From Leucoraja ocellata (lineage: Eukaryota), in NCBI GenBank assembly GCA_036785375.1, contig JAWMAR010000013.1, positions 9,486,001 through 9,550,000 of the forward strand: a stretch of 64,000 nt of DNA, written 5' to 3'. How positions within the stretch are numbered: position 1 is the stretch's first letter; the number at the start of each line of letters is the position of its first letter. The notes under the pieces are model-generated. The model did not search any database. It was not told the DNA's origin and saw only the letters and a list, made by a program, of their open reading frames with translations. This document shows positions 1 through 12,760 of the stretch, piece after piece. The position numbers were made by a program, and so were the translations under genes.

Positions 1-994
1 GCTTGACCTCTTGAAAGTTGTCGGCGGTGAGGGGCGGGAGAAGAAGGAAAAGGGCTTGCATAAAATTAATTAATAACTTAAGTCCTATTTACAACTGCAA
101 ATTATTGTGAGTTCACTTCCTAATATTCTCATGTCGTCAAGTTGAATTTATTATCATATGCACAAGTATATTGAGGTCCAAGCACAATGAAAAATCACTG
201 CTCAGCGTGTGAAGATTAAAAGTTAAGCAGTTTGTTGCAGTTCTTCATTAAAAATTGTATTGGTCTCAATTCTATTGAGGAATACGATCTCTTGGGGTTG
301 AGGTGCTAGAGTTTTATAAAAATACTTTAAGGTATAATCAAGGACGCTGCATTTTTCTTGGCAGGCCCTCCATACATCTGAGGAACCCAGACCTATAGCG
401 TACAACTAGGCAGAACATGTGTCTCAATTCTATGCATTTCTATCATGCTTGGAAATGTCACAGGCTGCTCATGAAGAAACCGTGTTTGCGAGGTTCATTT
501 TATTATTAGTTACAGGGGACTTCCAGAGCAGATTCCAGGCCAGAGTCTGCAACAGGAGGCAGCTGCAAGTAAATCCCACTTAAAATTATGTTGCTCTAGG
601 TGATTCTTCTCGGGCCACTCAAACTCCCTTGATTCAACCATTTCCACATGTTGCCCCTCCCCCCACCCCATTCTTCAAATTCATGTTGAACTCTTTCTGC
701 CCCTTTGGTGAGCCCAAGCCTTTTTCACTGGATAACAAACATCCACCAGGAGTCTTTCCCCTATGTGTCCATTTCCCTCTCCTTCCACAAACAACGAGAA
801 CTTTATTCACAACAGAATTTTGTGGCAGCAGGGGAACTGGTAGGAAGCATATCAAGTTCATGCATCTCTCCAGTGCCAAAGAAGTTCTCAGTTACCTTTG
901 TAACAAAATATTAAATAATGTTTCAAAATTCCCATGATTCAGGTCGCGATCAAAAATCTGAAAGGTTCATTTTTAAGAAGAGCATTAGTTTATT

Positions 995-1497
995 TCAGTT
1001 TAGTTTAGAGATACAGCACGGAAACGAGCCCTTTGCCCCGCCGACCAGCGATCCCCACACACTAATGCCCCTGTCCCACTTAGGAAACTTGAACGGAAAC
1101 CTTTGGAGACTTTGCGCCCCACCCGAGGTTTCCGTGCGGTTCCCGGAGGTTGCAGGTGGTTGCCGGAGATTGCAGGTAGTGGAAGCAGGTAGGGAGACTG
1201 ACCAAAAACCTCCGGGAACCGCACGGAAACCTTGGGTGGGGCGCAAAGTCTCCAGAGATTTCCGTTCAGGTTTCCTAAGTGGGTCAGGGGCATAACACTA
1301 TCCTACACCCGAGGGTCAATTTACAATTATACCAAGACAATTATCCTATTAACCTGTACGTCTTTGGAATATGGGAGGTCACTGGAGATCCCGGAGCAAA
1401 CCCACGCAGGTCACGGGGAAAATGTATAAACTCCGTGCAGACAGAACCCAGTTCTGGCGCTGTAAGGCAGCAACTCTACCCCTGCGCCACTGTGCCA
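995..1497 (-). mobile_element. HE1-like tRNA-derived SINE interrupted by a MITE
   Basis: Reverse complement starts ggcacagtggcgcagggg (A box) and ends with a CR1-like tail gctgtatctctaaactaaac; homologous to the copies at 39560 and 60143. Confidence 0.85.
1066..1292. mobile_element. PIF/Harbinger-type MITE (fold-back)
   Basis: TIRs TGCCCCTGTCCCACTTAGG...CCTAAGTGGGTCAGGGGCA; ~85-bp inverted arms; TAA duplicated at 1063-1065 and 1293-1295. Confidence 0.85.
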
Positions 1498-4053
1498 TTA
1501 GTTTCCACTGGCACAGCCACACCAATTCAGATCAATTGATCATTTATATCATTGCTATTAGTAGAAACTTGGTTTGTGCAAAGTAAGTGTGTGTTTGCTT
1601 TTATAACGTCAGTCAGTGCATTGTAAGGTTGAAAGAGTCTGAACTACTACAGAAATTTTTGAAATATTCTTCAGATCGGACAGCATATATGGAGGGAGAA
1701 ATAGGTGTAATATTCCAGCTTGATGACCTTTGATTCGAAATCATTTGATGACTGAAGGGAAGGAGTTCATGCCAAGGATTGGGCAGAGATCGATGGTGGT
1801 GGTGGATTGAGGCCTCCGTTGAGGATCTTGGTTGATCAGGAAGTAGATGAGAGTCTGGATCTTGGCCTTGGGAGTGCGTAGGATGTATGTGGTCAGATGT
1901 AATTATAACGATGGCACCTCCTGCAACTCTTTGTAGAAGCCGTCAGGGTACTAAGGCGTTTCATGCTTGGCCAAATTTCTTCCTTGACATGAGTGACCCA
2001 GCAGTAGTCATTACTGAATATTACTCCAACAAGAACATTGATTTTTCATTCGCATATTGTCAAAAGCAGAGATTATTATGCAATTAAATTTCTGGCCAAT
2101 AGTTTCCATGGCCTTGAATTGTTGGAAATGAAATGAGCAAATGCAGCGGACAAAAGTGAATGCTCTCTAGGTCTTTCTTAAACAGTTGGAGGCAGCTTCA
2201 TGTACTACAAATGTTGATGATTATTACTGTGTAATAAAATATTTATTCATCACCTTTTTTTTATTTTAGAGCATTTGGTGTTTTACAACTGAGTAAAAGT
2301 AAACAGGCTTCAGATTAGAATCCAATAAACTTGCATCTGAAGGTTTTGGACCAGAGTGTGGGAACACAATGACCTGATCCTGTTATTCTGTTATCCCCTG
2401 GTGCAACGTTATAGCTACCAGGAGAGTCTGTACTATTCTATTTAAGATGGTTTTGTGAAAAGAATGAGGTAACTGGCGGATTTATTATGTCTCTCGTAAG
2501 TTTCTTACATGACTTTTACTGTTGCGTTGTATATACTGAAATATTTGTTGGCAACTTACTGGATTGGCAGAACCTGGATCACGAGGCTCTGAAGTAGAAA
2601 TTAATTAGAGTGTTCTGTAAAACTCATATTAAAAGGAAGTTCAGTCATAAAGGCTATACTTTATGTCTGTTGACTGTGGAAGGAGTTGTGCCAAAAGGAA
2701 ACATATGTATACATGATGGAAACAAATTGTTACAAAAAACCCTTACAAATGATATTTTTCAGAGTGTTTTTTCCTTTCATTGTTTTTGTAGAAACATCCC
2801 ATGTCCATATTGCAAGCCCTCATCCTCCAGTAATTTGGACAGCACAATGTTTTAGAATAATGAATGATTTAATTCCGATTTTTGCACACAGCAGCCAGTT
2901 ACGGCTGATTTAAAACGAGCATTTCTGCTGCCTCTCTCCACCCTGCCTTGGAACATAAAAGAGATAAATGAAATACACAAGATGAAAAAAACACAACGGC
3001 CCCTCCCACCCGCAACATACATTTCATATTCATCAAATTGCACGTAATTTATTTTAGAATTCATAAGAGGTTAATCCATAGTTATTTCAGGTTTATTTTC
3101 TTTGTTTATTCCACAAGGCCAGAACTCGTCTCTGCTTTCGAGCCTACACATTTAATGAAACATTATAAAACTGGCATCTGGAGACCTCGGAGGACGTCTC
3201 TTGGAAGCTGGAGTTTGGGCAGTTGGGTAATCATTTTTATTCTGTTTATTTTCCAAATGGAAATAGACATGTATGATAAAAATGTCATCCACACTCTACA
3301 CATTGTCCCCTATAACAGAATTAGATGTCAATTCTTAATGTCTAGCTCTGTTTTTCTTTTCTATGAATGGATGCATTATTGCTCACAGGAACTTGACTGT
3401 AATATATGGTAAGAGACAAGTAGCTCTTTATGGCCAGTGATTATTCGGTTTGAATGAAACCTGTGATTTATGGCCATTTAACAGAAAAGTCTTGTAAATT
3501 CCCAGTGTTGCATTTTTCCTCCATACAGAACAAGACAAGTGAAAGTGACAACTGGGTTAGCCCGGAAAGTGGAATGCATAGTGCTTCAGAATGTGTTATA
3601 CTTAATAAACCTGACATGAGAAGCGTGCACATACCACACCAATGCTTTATGCAAGAGTGAAAGTGACATTAGCTCTCAGACTCACACAGTGTATGTTCAG
3701 CTAACAGTGCTGTCAATGCACATCTGTTCCATCAATGGTTTGGACAGGAAGGCAGCACCTGGGCTTTTCAAAGCTATTCAGATCAGATTTGCATAGAATG
3801 TATTGTTCCTAAAACACACTCTTATTCAGAAGAAGATAATTAGGTGCTGGAAAAAAAACTTTTTATTCTAATAAGTATTTACAAGGAAATAAAGTATTAA
3901 AAAAAAAGATAATTAATTTCCAATAGCCATTGGTCAAATGGGTAAGGGACTTTAATGATATTCTCATATATTACGATTGGGTAACATTTGATTACCCAAT
4001 ATTCATGACCAATGCATAATACTGACTTTAGACAGAAGGTAGGGTAGAAGGAA

Positions 4054-4250
4054 TGTAAAAATAAGGAACTGCAGATGCTGATTTACAAAAACAGACACAA
4101 AGTGCTGGAATAACTCAGCAGGTCAAGCAGCATCCCTGGAGAACATAGATCAGCCTGAATAAGGGCCCCGACCAGAAACATCACTTATCCTTGTTCTCCA
4201 GGGAAGCTGCCTGACCTACTGAGTTACTCCAGCACCTCATGTATTTATTT
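4054..4250. mobile_element. Fold-back element with degenerate hammerhead core (Penelope-like, non-autonomous)
   Basis: aggaactgcagatgctg head and inverted arms; CTGAATA..GAAAC at 4155-4179; perfect 14-bp TSD TAGGGTAGAAGGAA at 4040-4053 and 4251-4264. Confidence 0.75.
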
Positions 4251-4456
4251 TAGGGTAGAAGGAACCGTTTACTTTGGAATATGATTTCATCTGTAGATTT
4301 GTAATCTCATCATCCATCCAACTGTGCACTAAAAAAGATTTAAAATGTAGCAAAGAATTTGCAGTATGTAGCTGAGCACAGATTTTTATATCAAAAGTGC
4401 AGTTTAAAATAGACTGGAAAGTTTCCCAAGAAAAAAATTGCTGCAAAGGATGGAAT

Positions 4457-4492
4457 GGGGGGGGGGGGGGGGGGGGGGGGGGGGGAGAGGGG
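4457..4492. repeat. Poly-G tract
   Basis: About 30 consecutive G. Confidence 0.9.
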
Positions 4493-5612
4493 AAAGTTAT
4501 CCTGCGATTAACTCCAAATAAGATCGAACATTGTCCTGTCCTTTTTTGACTTGCATTTGTAAGAATCTGCTGAAATGAAATGCTGCAGGATTGCTCATAT
4601 GCAGATGACTGTAAATTTGGATGAATGCCAAGGAAAGGATGGGGAGGTGAGGGGAGGGAATTAAGGAATGAAACTTTAAAGCTAAAAAGCTTTTTGCCAT
4701 AATTGATGATAAGAGATATGAACTTGAAGTTTTGGAGATGTGCGGCAAGTCAAATAAATATCTGAATGAAGAATGTGGGTAAATATTTACAGCGTGGCCC
4801 TTCAGCACATCTGGCAGTGAAGCTCAGATTCCTGTTCTAGGACTTGCTTAGCCAAACTGAAACATAGCCAAAAAAAACAGGAGTTTTGTTGTGTAAATTT
4901 GATCTCTGGAATTACCCACAAAAAAGTATTTTGAAGGCAAGAAAATCCAATTTCACGTGTTTATTAGTTTCCCTGCTGTAATATGCCATTAAGTCTGAGA
5001 TTGAATCTAAATTGTCTATGCAAAAAAAATGTTTGTTTCGGGTTCCACGGAACAATATATCTTTGGTCAGTTCTAATCTTTTTTTAATATAAATTAAAAG
5101 CTTTCCATGTATTAATGCGTTGTTAATGAGCTGTTGAAAATCTCTTGAATTGCAATCAGATTATTCAGAGTGAATGCCTTTGTAATCATGCAGTTTGATG
5201 GGATTTGGGTGTCTTTCACATGTGTTTCGAATGGAGAAGGAAGTGAGTTTCTTTGGAGAATGCTTTGTAATATTTTTGACCTGTAATTTATTTATTGGCC
5301 TTTGAATGCAGTGTTCTGTGCAGATGCACATTCCCATTATCCAAAAGGGCAGGTGTGCTGCATATTGAAAGACTGTTAATTAGGATATGCTGAGAGATGA
5401 GCAAAACCCAGTACCATTAGAAAAGCAAATGCAATGTTAAACAATGTTTCAGGATTTCTATTTTGGCCAGTGTACAGGCATATTAAAATAGGTGTGCAAT
5501 TTGATCTTCAACAGTAGATTAACAATGGCTACATTATATTTTGCACAGCAGGATAAAGAGAGATTTGATGTCACGTGCATTTAAATAAGTGCACACATAT
5601 TTAATGAATTGG

Positions 5613-5803
5613 TTAAGAAAGAACTGCAGATGCTGGAAAAATTGAAGGCAGGCAAAAATGCTGGAGAAAATAAGCGGGTGGGGCAGCATCTATGGAGAGA
5701 AGGAATAGGCGACGTTTCGGGTCTTGGAATAGGCGACGTTTCGGGCGACGTCTCCACCCGAAACGTCGCCTATTCCTTCTCTCCATAGATGCTGCCTCAC
5801 CTA
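5613..5803. mobile_element. Fold-back element of the same family
   Basis: gaactgcagatgctgg head; inverted arms aggcgacgtttcggg / cccgaaacgtcgcct; small internal duplication. Confidence 0.75.
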
Positions 5804-5817
5804 TTTAATTAAATAAG

Positions 5818-6200
5818 TCATTTGAGTCATATCGCACAGAAACAGGCCATTCGGACCACCATGTCCCTGCCAACCTCGTTGCTGATTAACATTGATCCCA
5901 TTTGCCTGCATTAACTGTTTCCTTCAATGCCGTGGCCATTTACATGATGTCTAAATGCCTTTTAAACATTGTAATTGTGCCAAATTCCACTATCTCCTCT
6001 GGCAGAATTCTATTGCACAACTCACAAATACAGTTGTCGTATTTCGGCATCATATTAAGCACTCTGTGTAGAAAGAACTTACCCCTCAGAACCTCTTTAA
6101 AACTCCTTCCTCTCATCGGAAACCTAGGCCTTTTGTTTTTATACCCCTTTCATGCTATCGCCCCTATATATCTTGTCCATACTTCTCATAATCTTAAATA
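5818..6200 (-). mobile_element. CR1/HER1 LINE 3' fragment (old)
   Basis: cacagaaacaggccattcgg tail motif and degraded CR1 ORF2 end. Confidence 0.7.
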
Positions 6201-6419
6201 CATATCAGAACCTTTCAAATTTAAGAGCTTTGTGTCATTGGCTTATGACATTTCCTTAAATGTTGGTACAGGTATTTGCATTGTTTAGTATCCATGTGAA
6301 GGCTGTGTTTTAAACTTTTTGTTTATCTCACAATATAACTTTGGTTGTATTTCATGTTTTGCTCTTCAGTTTTGAGGTGATAATACCAGATTAAATTTGT
6401 TTGCCTATCCTAGTACCAC

Positions 6420-7010
6420 CTTAGGTTTAGGTTTATTACTGTCACGTGAAAGGCTTTGTTTTGCATGCTATAAAACATCAGATAATACTGTACATAAAAT
6501 TACAATCAAGTCAACTCGAGGGCAAAGGGGAAGATACAGAGTGCAGGATTTAGTTCTTTGCGTTGTAGTGCATCTGTTCTATGGACAATGTCCAACATCC
6601 GCAATGGAGTCAAGTTGAATCGGAAAGTCTTTTGGACGGGAGCAGGGAGAAGAAGGAATGACTGGGGTGGGACAAGTCTTTGATTATCTTGGCTGCTTTT
6701 CCGAGGCTATGTGAAGTGTAGATGGAGTTAATGGAGAGAAATCTGGTCCGTGTGGTGGACTGCATCCACAACTCTGCAATTTCTTGCGGTCTTGGGCAGA
6801 GCTTTGGCAAACCAAGCTGTAATGCAACCTGACAGTATGCTTTATGTGGTGAATTTGCACAAGTTTGCTGAGAGTCATTGGAAACATGTTGATTTTCCTT
6901 ACTCTCGTTCTAGAGGCATGATGTGCCTCCTTGGCTGTCACATCAATGCGGTTAAAACACCACAGATCGTTGGTAATATTAACGCTAAGGAACGTTAAGC
7001 TGTTTGTTAA
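6420..7010 (-). mobile_element. Rex1/Babar-like LINE 3' fragment
   Basis: Minus-strand peptide LSINSIYTSHSLGKAAKIIKDLSHPSHSFFSLLPS matches the Rex/Babar ORF2 C-terminus; tail gtgacagtaataaacctaaacct. Confidence 0.7.
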
Positions 7011-7387
7011 ACTTCACTGATGAAGGAATAAGGAACATGTTATCAATGTGTTGCTATGTATCCAGACTAAAACAACATCTGTACAAGAATTGAAGTCTAT
7101 TAGTTGTCTTTTAAAAAAAATACTACTACCACAGTAGAATGTAGCTGTAAATATATCACAATGGGAGAGAGATTCATCCTTGGTGTTAGTGCTAAAGCAT
7201 GCGAGAATATTGACCACCAGTGGAGATATTGCAATTGAGTAACCAACTGTAAGTAGAACAGGCACCCACTTCTCAAATGCATTCAGCGGTAATGACCACA
7301 GATGGATTTCTTCCCAAGTACTTCATTACAGCCTGTATTTTAATGCCATGGTTTCAACTTGCTTGCCCCTGAGTAGGTTATTTTCTT

Positions 7388-7612
7388 GTGTAGGAAGGAA
7401 CTGCAGATGCTGCTTTAAACCAAAGATAGACACAAAATGCTGGAGTAACTCAGCGGGACAGGCAGCTTCTCTGGAGAGCAGGAATGCGTGATACTTCTGG
7501 TCGATACATTAACTCAGTCTGAAGAAGGGTCTTGACCCAAAGCGTCACCCATTCCTTCTTTCCAGAGATGCTGCCTGTCCCGCTGAGTTACTCCAGCATT
7601 TTATGTCTATCT
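7388..7612. mobile_element. Fold-back element with hammerhead-like core
   Basis: Long inverted arms; CTGAAGA 7519-7525 and stem GGGTC/GACCC; perfect 14-bp TSD TAGGTTATTTTCTT at 7374-7387 and 7613-7626. Confidence 0.8.
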
Positions 7613-7953
7613 TAGGTTATTTTCTTCCTCAGCAGACTTTCATTTAGTTGGTTAGTGTAGCCATACTGCAGTTCCTTGAATCTACACAATTGTGGTGTTT
7701 GCATTTCTAAATCTTTGTTGGGTTCAATGCTGTTGTCATATAAGATTTATTCCACACCTCTTGAGTGTAAAATAAGCACAGCCACACATCTTTGCCCGAC
7801 ACATGTCACTACTCCTATGATTCTGTGATTCCACAGTTGATGTCCTTTGAGGCTGATGTGTAATAGATCGATGAGCACTTGCTTCAATGCTGATTTCAAA
7901 ATAATTTAGTTGGATGCTAGTTGGTGTCCTTAAGTTACCGTTTTTTTGCATGA

Positions 7954-8283
<330 letters not shown>

Positions 8284-8789
8284 TGACAGAAAGGGTTTAT
8301 TGTGCACATTCTCTGCGGCTTTGCTTTGATAATATCTTCATTATATTATATAGTGAGAAATGAACCCGCGCTGAATGCAGCTGAAATCCATAAAGAGCTG
8401 TACAGTTTAATTATCACCAACTGATTTTGAATTTGTACAAACTGGAACAGTGCTTTCCTGGAACAATTGTCTCCAGCTGCAGTTATTTTCCTGCCAACTT
8501 CTGAACAAAGAAATCAAACCATTGTTTCTATAGATTTTGCCCCAGCACCTCGTGTGTACACAACTGTATACAAATATGTATCAACTATTGTAAATTTGGA
8601 AGTGCAAGTAAAACGAGCAAAGAGAAGGAGTGAGAAACTTTGATTCCTGGCTGCAGGAAAAAAGGCTATTCTTATCTCTACAAATAGGTTTCACTGCTTC
8701 ATAGAAAAAAAGCCATGCCTTTGTTTGCATTATTTTCCAATGAGGCTTTGGAAATCAGAGGTTTGTAGAGAGCAATGGCAATGTTAGCA

Positions 8790-9190
8790 TAACGCAGAGT
8801 GCTGGAGGAACTTGGCTGTTCAGGTAGCATCGGTGCAGGGAATGGACTGGCAACGTTTTAGATCGGGACCCTTCTTCAGCCTTATTATAGTCGGGAGAAG
8901 AAAGCTGGAAAAGAGAGGTGGGGATGGGACAAAGCCTGACTGGTGATATGTGCAGGATGGAACTGCATATGCTTGTTTACACCGAAGATGGAAAAAAGTA
9001 GCTGGAGTAATTCAGCGGGACAGGCAGTATCTCCAGATAGAAGAAATGGGTGACATTTTAGCTCGAGACCCTTCTCCGAAACTTCACCCATTCCATCTAT
9101 CTAGAGATGCTGCCTGATCTGCTGAGTTACTCTAGCATTTTGTGTCTATTTGAGAAGTGATAGGTGGATACAGGTGAGGGGCTTTTGTTG
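8790..9190. mobile_element. Penelope-like 3' remnant (minus strand) with a second fold-back copy nested at ~8948-9150
   Basis: Minus-strand CTGAAGA-agggtcccgatct-AAAACGTT at ~8851-8880; purine-rich body split by a ggaactgcatatgct fold-back copy. Confidence 0.65.
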
Positions 9191-9559
9191 GACTACGTCA
9201 GCATGTCTGTATGCAATAATAGTGGATGATAAGGCCAAGTCCAAGGCAACTGTGTTCTATGACTGAGTGTTTGACCAAATTCTTTCAAAAACCAAATGAT
9301 TTCTGATATTGTTCACTAGCTCTGGTTAATCTAGATGCTGAGGTTAGTGGTAAATTTAAAATGGTTAATGTTGCCCTGGCCACAAATTAAACCTGGAAAC
9401 TAGTCAATAGGTCAGTGTTGAGCAGACAGCTGAACTTGTGTTCTAAATATCTCCTTGGAAAAAAATAAGATGATATTGAATATTTAGAATCATAGTATCC
9501 CAAAATAATGTACAACCATGTAATTCATCCATTCATCATCGTTGAAAACATTAGCGACG

Positions 9560-9860
9560 CATTGGTGCCAGTTTCCAACGGAAATGGTGACGAACGCACC
9601 ACACATCTCTGTCCCCCAGTTCCTACGGACTTCCGCCGCTGGAAGTATAAGATTTTGGTGTGTGTGCTTTATCATCATTCCTTACAATGCAATGTACGAC
9701 AGTGAGCGCAACTTCTACTGAAGTGTGGATGGCCGTTGGCTCACTAGAAGCTCATCCGCCCTTTGACAGGCCTTGTTTTTGGTCCTGCTGGGGGTCCATA
9801 GCCCCCTCCTCACTGCAAACCAGGTGGGGGAGATGGTTTAATCGCCGACTATCCGACCAT
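9560..9860 (-). mobile_element. GC-rich repeat, probably RTE-related (5' UTR-like or SINE)
   Basis: CpG-containing block that contrasts with its flanks; family assignment is by resemblance only. Confidence 0.35.
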
Positions 9861-9974
9861 AATACACTCATAAAGAGTTGTCATTCCTATTATGTGGGCA
9901 CATTCAGTGGCCTATGCTATGGAAAATGCTGTAAACGTCAATTAAATAAATAAGTAATCAAATTATTTTTGTGA

Positions 9975-10162
9975 TATTGGTAAAAGGATAAATATTGTTC
10001 GGGAGATCTGTTACATGAATCCAAATAGGCAGACAGAGCCTCACTTAGACATCTGAGTCAAAGATGTCACCTCCAACAATGCAGGACACTGCTGCACTAT
10101 TAGTCTTGATTATCTTCTGACCGCAAGGCAAGAGAACCGTGGCTGAATTAAGCTGACACTTG
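9975..10162 (-). mobile_element. Ancient Deu-domain SINE remnant (SacSINE1/AmnSINE1-like)
   Basis: ggcagacagagcctcacttagacatct...aaagatgtcacctccaacaatgcag resembles the Deu-domain consensus as recalled. Confidence 0.55.
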
Positions 10163-10815
10163 TGTATGATTAATCTCACTAAATGACCGCATCTGATTTT
10201 TGAGCTGAAATGGCAGATGACGACTTCTAGGGGGAAAAAAGAGAAAAACTAGTTTGAAGAATTCATTCACTCTTCAGTGATGCTAATCTTTGTTCTGACA
10301 TGGCCGCTGCTAGGTAGTATATTTATTTAATTAGAATTTGGGATTTATATCATGCTTTCCTTTTCTCCTTAAAAACAATTTTTTGGGTGTTATATTCAGC
10401 ATTTTCAAAGGCCCCTTTGCTTTGTTTCTGATTGTGATTATTTCCCCATCTACAGGCTGTTGAATATGCTGACATAATTAGAATCCTAAAGAAAGGAAAG
10501 ATAGGATAAAAAGAAAGCACCGGTCTCTCAGGTTCCATTTGCTGGGCTAATAACACCTTATTACTTGAATGGAGGAAATCTTAAGGATAAGAAGTACTTA
10601 TGGGAGCTTGTATCAAAATGAGCAAACGGCTTTTCTAACCTGTGACTGTGATATTACTTCAAAATATGCAATTGACTTTTCATTTGGTTTGGAATGTTTT
10701 AAGTTGGTGAAAATCAAGCTATAGCATTGTAGCTTATGCCTGGTAGGTGGAATTGAATCACTTGATCATTAGACTGGTGGAACATGGAAAATCTGAGGAT
10801 AAAGGTGCAGCTTGG

Positions 10816-11372
10816 ACTGTATCGGGATGTTACAGTTGTACAAGACGTTGGTGATTCTGCATTTGGAGTATTGTGTTCAGTTTTGGTCGCCCTGTTAGAG
10901 GCAGGATGTTGTTAAGCTGGAAAGAGCGCAGAGAAGATTTACGAGGATGTTGCCAGGACCTGAGGGCCTGAGCTATTGAGAGAGTTCGGGCAGGCTAAGA
11001 GTTTATTCCTTTAGAGAGGATGAGGGGTGATCTTATTGAGATGTATAATATCATGAAGGTAAATGCACTGAGTGTTTTACCCAGAATAGGGGAATCGAGA
11101 ACCAAGAGACATAGGTTTAAGGTGAGGGGGGAAAGATATAATAGGCACTTTTTCACACAGAGGGGTGGTGGGTATATGGGATGAGCTGCCAGAGGAGATG
11201 GTTGAGCAGGTACTATAGCAACATTTAAAACCCATTGGACAGGTACATGGATAGAAAGGTTTAGAGGGATATGTGCCAAATGCAGGCAGGTCGGACTAGT
11301 GTAGATGGGGCATCCTGATTGGCTTGGGCACTTTGGGCTGAAGGGCCTGTTTCTTTGCCTCTTTGACTCTGA
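10816..11372 (+). mobile_element. CR1/HER1 LINE 3' fragment
   Basis: LVxLHLEYCVQFWSP...LERAQRRFTRMLPG-type ORF2 end; 3' tail gggctgaagggcctgtt. Confidence 0.85.
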
Positions 11373-11759
11373 CTCTACCACTCTATCCCCTTGTGATCAG
11401 TGTTGAGTTGCCCAGTCTGGTCTCAGAGCTGTTGGTATTGGCATCATCACTAGAGTAGAACAAATCAGCAATTTACAATTGTTTGAAATTTTATATACAT
11501 GAGTGAAGATGGGCTAAATAGTTAACTGCATCTGTATTTAATGATTAAACTATGTAAATCTAGAACAAAATGATTTGTTTTTACATTTGAAAGCCCTTCC
11601 CAACAAAGTAATCTAACAGATTAATGTTTCAATTTATACTTTATGTTTACACCACAGTTAGTCGAAGCCTGGAATATGGTTGTCAGTATTGGCAGGAAAT
11701 CCAACTGAAAAGATGTTTTTCTAACTTCCCCATACAAGATCAAATCTGATACCATGCCA

Positions 11760-12760
11760 ACACATGAATTAAATGCAGGAGTAGGCCACTTGGCTGCTCA
11801 GTAAAATCACTGTTCCTCTTAATTTGTAACCTACCCATCCCAGACACCTTTCACCCCTTATCTTATTGAAAATCTATTTATCTCTGCCTTCAAATATTCA
11901 AAGACACTGCTTTGCCCATCCTTTGAGGACGAGCGATCTAATGATTCATCACCTTCAGAAACAAAAGTATTTGCCTCATCTCTACTGTAAAGCAGCGACT
12001 TGTAGTTCAAGAAACATCCTTTTAATTAAAATTCTACTAAATGTCAACCTAGCTTATCCCACCTTTTCTCATAAATTAACCTGCTCCTTCCAGGTATAAT
12101 TCTAATCCACCTACATTGAAATGAATGTATTGTATAAAACATACTGAAGGTAAGAATATAAGCTACTACTCCACAAACCTAGTCATTTTCTGGAGAAATT
12201 CTTGCAATAACATCTGTGCACGGACTTTGATATGTGCGTCCAACAGATTTACAAACTTACTGAAATATGGAGATCAATACTGTATCCACTTCTCCAGATG
12301 TGGTCTTACCAGGGCATCAGGTAACTGATGTATTTAATGCCCCTTACAATTAAAGAAACTATTCCATTACTTGCACGGTCTGTATATTAACCTTTCACAA
12401 ATCATGCACAGGGATGCCTTTTGCATGTAGCTTCACAGTTTCCCACATTACACACCATTTGCCAGATCTCTGCCCATTCACAACCTACTTATTCCCCTAT
12501 ACACCTTTGTCTTTTTTTATAACTTTCTTTCCTGTCCATCATGGTGCCAGCAACAAATTCAGAAATCTTAGTAAATTCATCCTTTCTTTTATCCACAAAA
12601 CATTAATATTTCAAAGAACACCAATAAACTGATCAAATATGATTTCCCTGTCACACAACTATTTTTACTTTGCCCGATTAGCCTGAATTGTTCAAGTACT
12701 TTGCTGCCGCATCATTAATGAGAGCCGCGTTTCCCTGCTTCAACTACTAAGGCATCTAGT
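11760..12760 (-). mobile_element. Highly decayed CR1-like LINE
   Basis: gcaggagtaggccac tail motif; ttctccagatgtggtcttaccagggc (LVRPHLE on the minus strand) at ~12290-12315. Confidence 0.55.

Noticed and set aside
4457-4492. Functional G-quadruplex
   Set aside because: A simple homopolymer whose length is error-prone, with no contextual support.
7388-7612. Tc1/mariner MITE (MER6-like) classification of the fold-back repeats
   Set aside because: They show 11-14 bp TSDs, ragged ends and hammerhead cores instead of TA TSDs and fixed TIRs.
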